Sequence record: OZ240615.1
Direction: 5' to 3' (one strand)
DNA length: 64,000 bases
Shown: in pieces, positions 61,570-64,000 of the stretch
How positions within the stretch are numbered: position 1 is the first letter of the stretch
How the letters are laid out: each line of letters begins with the position of its first letter
Translations under genes and position numbers: made by a program
The notes under the pieces: model-generated
Seen by the model: only the letters and a program-made list of their open reading frames with translations
Told to the model about the DNA's origin: nothing
The model's database searches: none

Positions 61570-61597
61570 CATTAAGGTGATATAGACTTTAAATGTA
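61570..61597 (-). promoter_or_regulatory. Putative phage early promoter, copy 8
   Basis: Minus strand TTTAAAGTCTATATCACCTTAATG. Confidence 0.7.
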
Positions 61598-61615
61598 ATC
61601 GAAACAAAAAATAAA

Positions 61616-61643
61616 AGAGAGAGGAGGGGTTCCTCCTCTCTCT
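61616..61643 (-). terminator. Intrinsic terminator
   Basis: AGAGAGAGGAGG-GGTT-CCTCCTCTCTCT with A-tract. Confidence 0.75.
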
Positions 61644-61648
61644 GTGTG

Positions 61649-62008
61649 TCAGTGAAAAAAGCGATAAGACCAAACCCCCAACCAGACTGACGCCATTACC
61701 AAAGTAAAAATATTTAACATTACGCCAAGCATAGTTGCAAAAGTATTTTTCTGGTATTGACGCCGGTGGATTAAGTATCCGGGGTAATAGAGTACCCAAA
61801 GGAAACTCGGCGACTTCCCGGTTTTGTTCCCCACGACAAATTTATCCATCGCAATCAGATAAGTTATCCAGAAGAAATAAACGACAGACATCAGCCATAG
61901 CGAATTAAAAGGCCAGAGGGTAATAATGGGATGATAGGCCCAGAGAAAATAATAACCGAAGGTGAGCAGATAGCCGAGCAGGAAAAAGAAATTCTTCATT
62001 GCAGGCAC
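61649..62008 (-). CDS. multi-TM membrane protein
   Basis: Aromatic/hydrophobic segments. Confidence 0.6.
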   Translation of the reverse strand: MPAMKNFFFLLGYLLTFGYYFLWAYHPIITLWPFNSLWLMSVVYFFWITYLIAMDKFVVGNKTGKSPSFLWVLYYPGYLIHRRQYQKNTFATMLGVMLNIFTLVMASVWLGVWSYRFFH

Positions 62009-62463
62009 TGCGTAGAAAAACCACGAAGGAAGCGAAAGATATCTTCCCGGGTTTTTAGATCAGTTAACTCTTGCCACGGCGCTTCTTTCCAGAACTGAAC
62101 CGAAAGAGAATAGTGATTGATGCAACCCGCGTAACTGTCAACGTAAACGTTTAAACGGATAGCGAAGATACTAGAGAGTCGCGGAGTTTTGATCGGTAAA
62201 CGAATGATAAAATTAGCGTAGGTACCAACGGTCGTCTCGAGGTAAGTTTCCGAAAAAAATTCCAGCTTCGGAAAATAATGCGGGTCGATATAGGGTGCTT
62301 TCAGAATGTTGTTGCCACCACCCAACCAGTTTGCGGTATCTTTCAGGGATCGCAAGAACAGTTGTTTATTCCGTTCAGGAAAATCAGAGCGCTCCAGTTT
62401 AACGAACCCTAATAATTCTTTACCGAGAACAACTTTTGTATCAAATTTCATTATTTTCTCCAA
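61996..62463 (-). CDS. hypothetical protein
   Basis: ORF track; packing. Confidence 0.6.
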   Translation of the reverse strand: MEKIMKFDTKVVLGKELLGFVKLERSDFPERNKQLFLRSLKDTANWLGGGNNILKAPYIDPHYFPKLEFFSETYLETTVGTYANFIIRLPIKTPRLSSIFAIRLNVYVDSYAGCINHYSLSVQFWKEAPWQELTDLKTREDIFRFLRGFSTQCLQ

Positions 62464-62759
62464 ATTAAGGGGATTGTAAACCTAGAAGGGATTTTGCGAT
62501 GTTTGAGTTTAGCTTTTGCTTTATCGGAACAAACGATGCTCAACTCAACACTTTCAGGCAGAAGAAGGTCCAGTCGTTTAATTTTCTCAACCAGACCTTT
62601 CACTGAGACCGGATCGCATGAAGTAACGACTCCCCCACCAATGACCCTGTTATCTAGCAATAAATTGCTTTGCAGTTTGATAGGATCTAAAGTATTCTGG
62701 ACATCTATTACCCACTTTTCAAGACCGGGTATTTTATGGTAATCGGGGAGTGTTTTCAT
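62451..62759 (-). CDS. hypothetical protein, probable paralog of 60681..61004
   Basis: AAGGA SD; shared pattern. Confidence 0.6.
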   Translation of the reverse strand: MKTLPDYHKIPGLEKWVIDVQNTLDPIKLQSNLLLDNRVIGGGVVTSCDPVSVKGLVEKIKRLDLLLPESVELSIVCSDKAKAKLKHRKIPSRFTIPLIWRK

Positions 62760-62763
62760 TTTT

Positions 62764-63945
62764 TTATTCCTTTGGTTTTTTACCGGTGATGCGCAATGTG
62801 ACAGGTTGCCAAATACCGCGTTCGGTGGCAGCGTGTTCTGCGCGTTGTAGAATAGCCGCTGTATCTGGCCATTCTGTAATAACAGGAAGAACTTCTTTGA
62901 GAGGGATGTCCATTTTCAGTTCATCTCCCTCAAACCACGCTTCACTGTTATCCGCTAACCATTCCGAATTATCAATGGTAACAGCGATTTTTTGATCCGC
63001 TTTTCGAGCAAGGTTATCCACGAGGATGTCGGCATATCCGGTAAGGAGTTCGCGGTTTTTCACCGACTCTTCGGAACTGAAAACTCGCCCAGAATGAATC
63101 GACCAGAACTCCGCGCCAAAGTGGGCGTAACCGCTAACCTTACGCTCTCCTTTAAGGCCGGACGAACCAAAGAAGCGAATAGCCGGGGAACTTAAAAAAG
63201 CTCGCCAGCGCATTGCGTCGCGTAAAAGGTCGGTAGAAAGCGGCTTTAATTTAAAGCCATCGGGGTCTTTAACATACTCGCCATCTAACGTCTGGCGGAA
63301 GTATTCGATGTCTTTTTCGGTTAAAGGTCTGAGAGTTACTGAGCCGCCGCTGTTCTTCAGATCAACGACAAGTTCGCCGGCTTCCTTTTTACTGATGGTT
63401 CCGGTTCCTGGATCAAACCCATAAATTACCGGCGCAGGAGAATTGTCTTTCTCCGCCCGCAAAGCACGATTTTCCGATTGCTTTTGAGTCAACCGGTCAT
63501 CCGTTGTTTCTTTCTCCAGCTCTGCCAAAGCCTCTCTTGCAGCGACAACTTGTCGTTGACGGACCAACTCTTCACGGATAAACTCCTGAAGTTCCTCTGA
63601 CGTTTCTGTTAGCGAGATGACGTAGCGATCGTTCTTACTGGGGGTATCCTTCAGATAAAATCCTAGCGGGTTATTAAACTCATTATGAAAAATAACCGAT
63701 ATGGTGTCGCCAACGGATTTAACGCTGATTTCCTTAATCGGCCCGTAATAATCTTGACCGTTCAGCGTTTCATAAAGCGACCGAATTTCATCCTCAATAT
63801 CTTCATTGAGTTGCGCTTTAGGGTAAGGAGCAGTCATTCCCGGCTCCATTATTCCCCAGTCCCACTCTACGATCTCTTTTATTTCCCGAGGTACTCTATT
63901 GGACAAGTTGTCCTGTAACGATCTGATTGATTCTTCAGTCGCCAA
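62764..63945 (-). CDS. hypothetical protein with central coiled coil (TTG start)
   Basis: ORF track; YAHFGAEFWSIH motif. Confidence 0.6.
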   Translation of the reverse strand: MATEESIRSLQDNLSNRVPREIKEIVEWDWGIMEPGMTAPYPKAQLNEDIEDEIRSLYETLNGQDYYGPIKEISVKSVGDTISVIFHNEFNNPLGFYLKDTPSKNDRYVISLTETSEELQEFIREELVRQRQVVAAREALAELEKETTDDRLTQKQSENRALRAEKDNSPAPVIYGFDPGTGTISKKEAGELVVDLKNSGGSVTLRPLTEKDIEYFRQTLDGEYVKDPDGFKLKPLSTDLLRDAMRWRAFLSSPAIRFFGSSGLKGERKVSGYAHFGAEFWSIHSGRVFSSEESVKNRELLTGYADILVDNLARKADQKIAVTIDNSEWLADNSEAWFEGDELKMDIPLKEVLPVITEWPDTAAILQRAEHAATERGIWQPVTLRITGKKPKE

Positions 63946-64000
63946 AATAACATGATCGCTACCGGGGAGGATTACCCCTGCACGACCTTCTAAACCCAGG

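Noticed and set aside
1-64000. tRNA or rRNA genes
   Set aside because: No cloverleaf or T-loop signature seen in the intergenic gaps by eye; tRNAscan-SE or ARAGORN would be needed to exclude them formally.

Overview
This 64 kb window looks like an accessory (early/auxiliary) region of a lytic jumbo phage of enterobacteria, most likely phiKZ/SPN3US-like. That assignment is an inference: it rests on an inner-head-type protein with repeated S/A-x-E maturation motifs and on an 8-copy promoter motif resembling the phiKZ early consensus. No chimallin, RNA polymerase or capsid gene lies in the window. About 110 tightly packed genes run mostly on the minus strand, punctuated by intrinsic terminators, with a few isolated plus-strand, probably late, genes. 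Recognisable products are thymidine kinase, PhoH, DHFR, an adjacent Prs-like + NAMPT-like pair (NARP1-like NAD+ rebuilding layout), an HD/Mesh1-like hydrolase, HAD and DHH phosphoesterases, a SLOG protein, a zinc-finger-repeat GIY-YIG-like endonuclease, two beta-helix tailspikes (one with a P22-type head-binding domain), a glycosyltransferase pair, a DUF1190 lipoprotein and an orphan HigA domain. The most striking oddity is a free-standing 60-aa gene ending in DDCEGGACKI, a near copy of the redox-active C-terminal tail of class Ia ribonucleotide reductase NrdA. Other leads are an exported pilin/chaperone-like trio and several short ORFs missed by the ORF track (AlpA-like HTH, 27-aa acidic peptide, small membrane peptides). 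I saw no tRNA, rRNA, CRISPR array or integrase by eye. All family calls come from motif recognition, not database searches.
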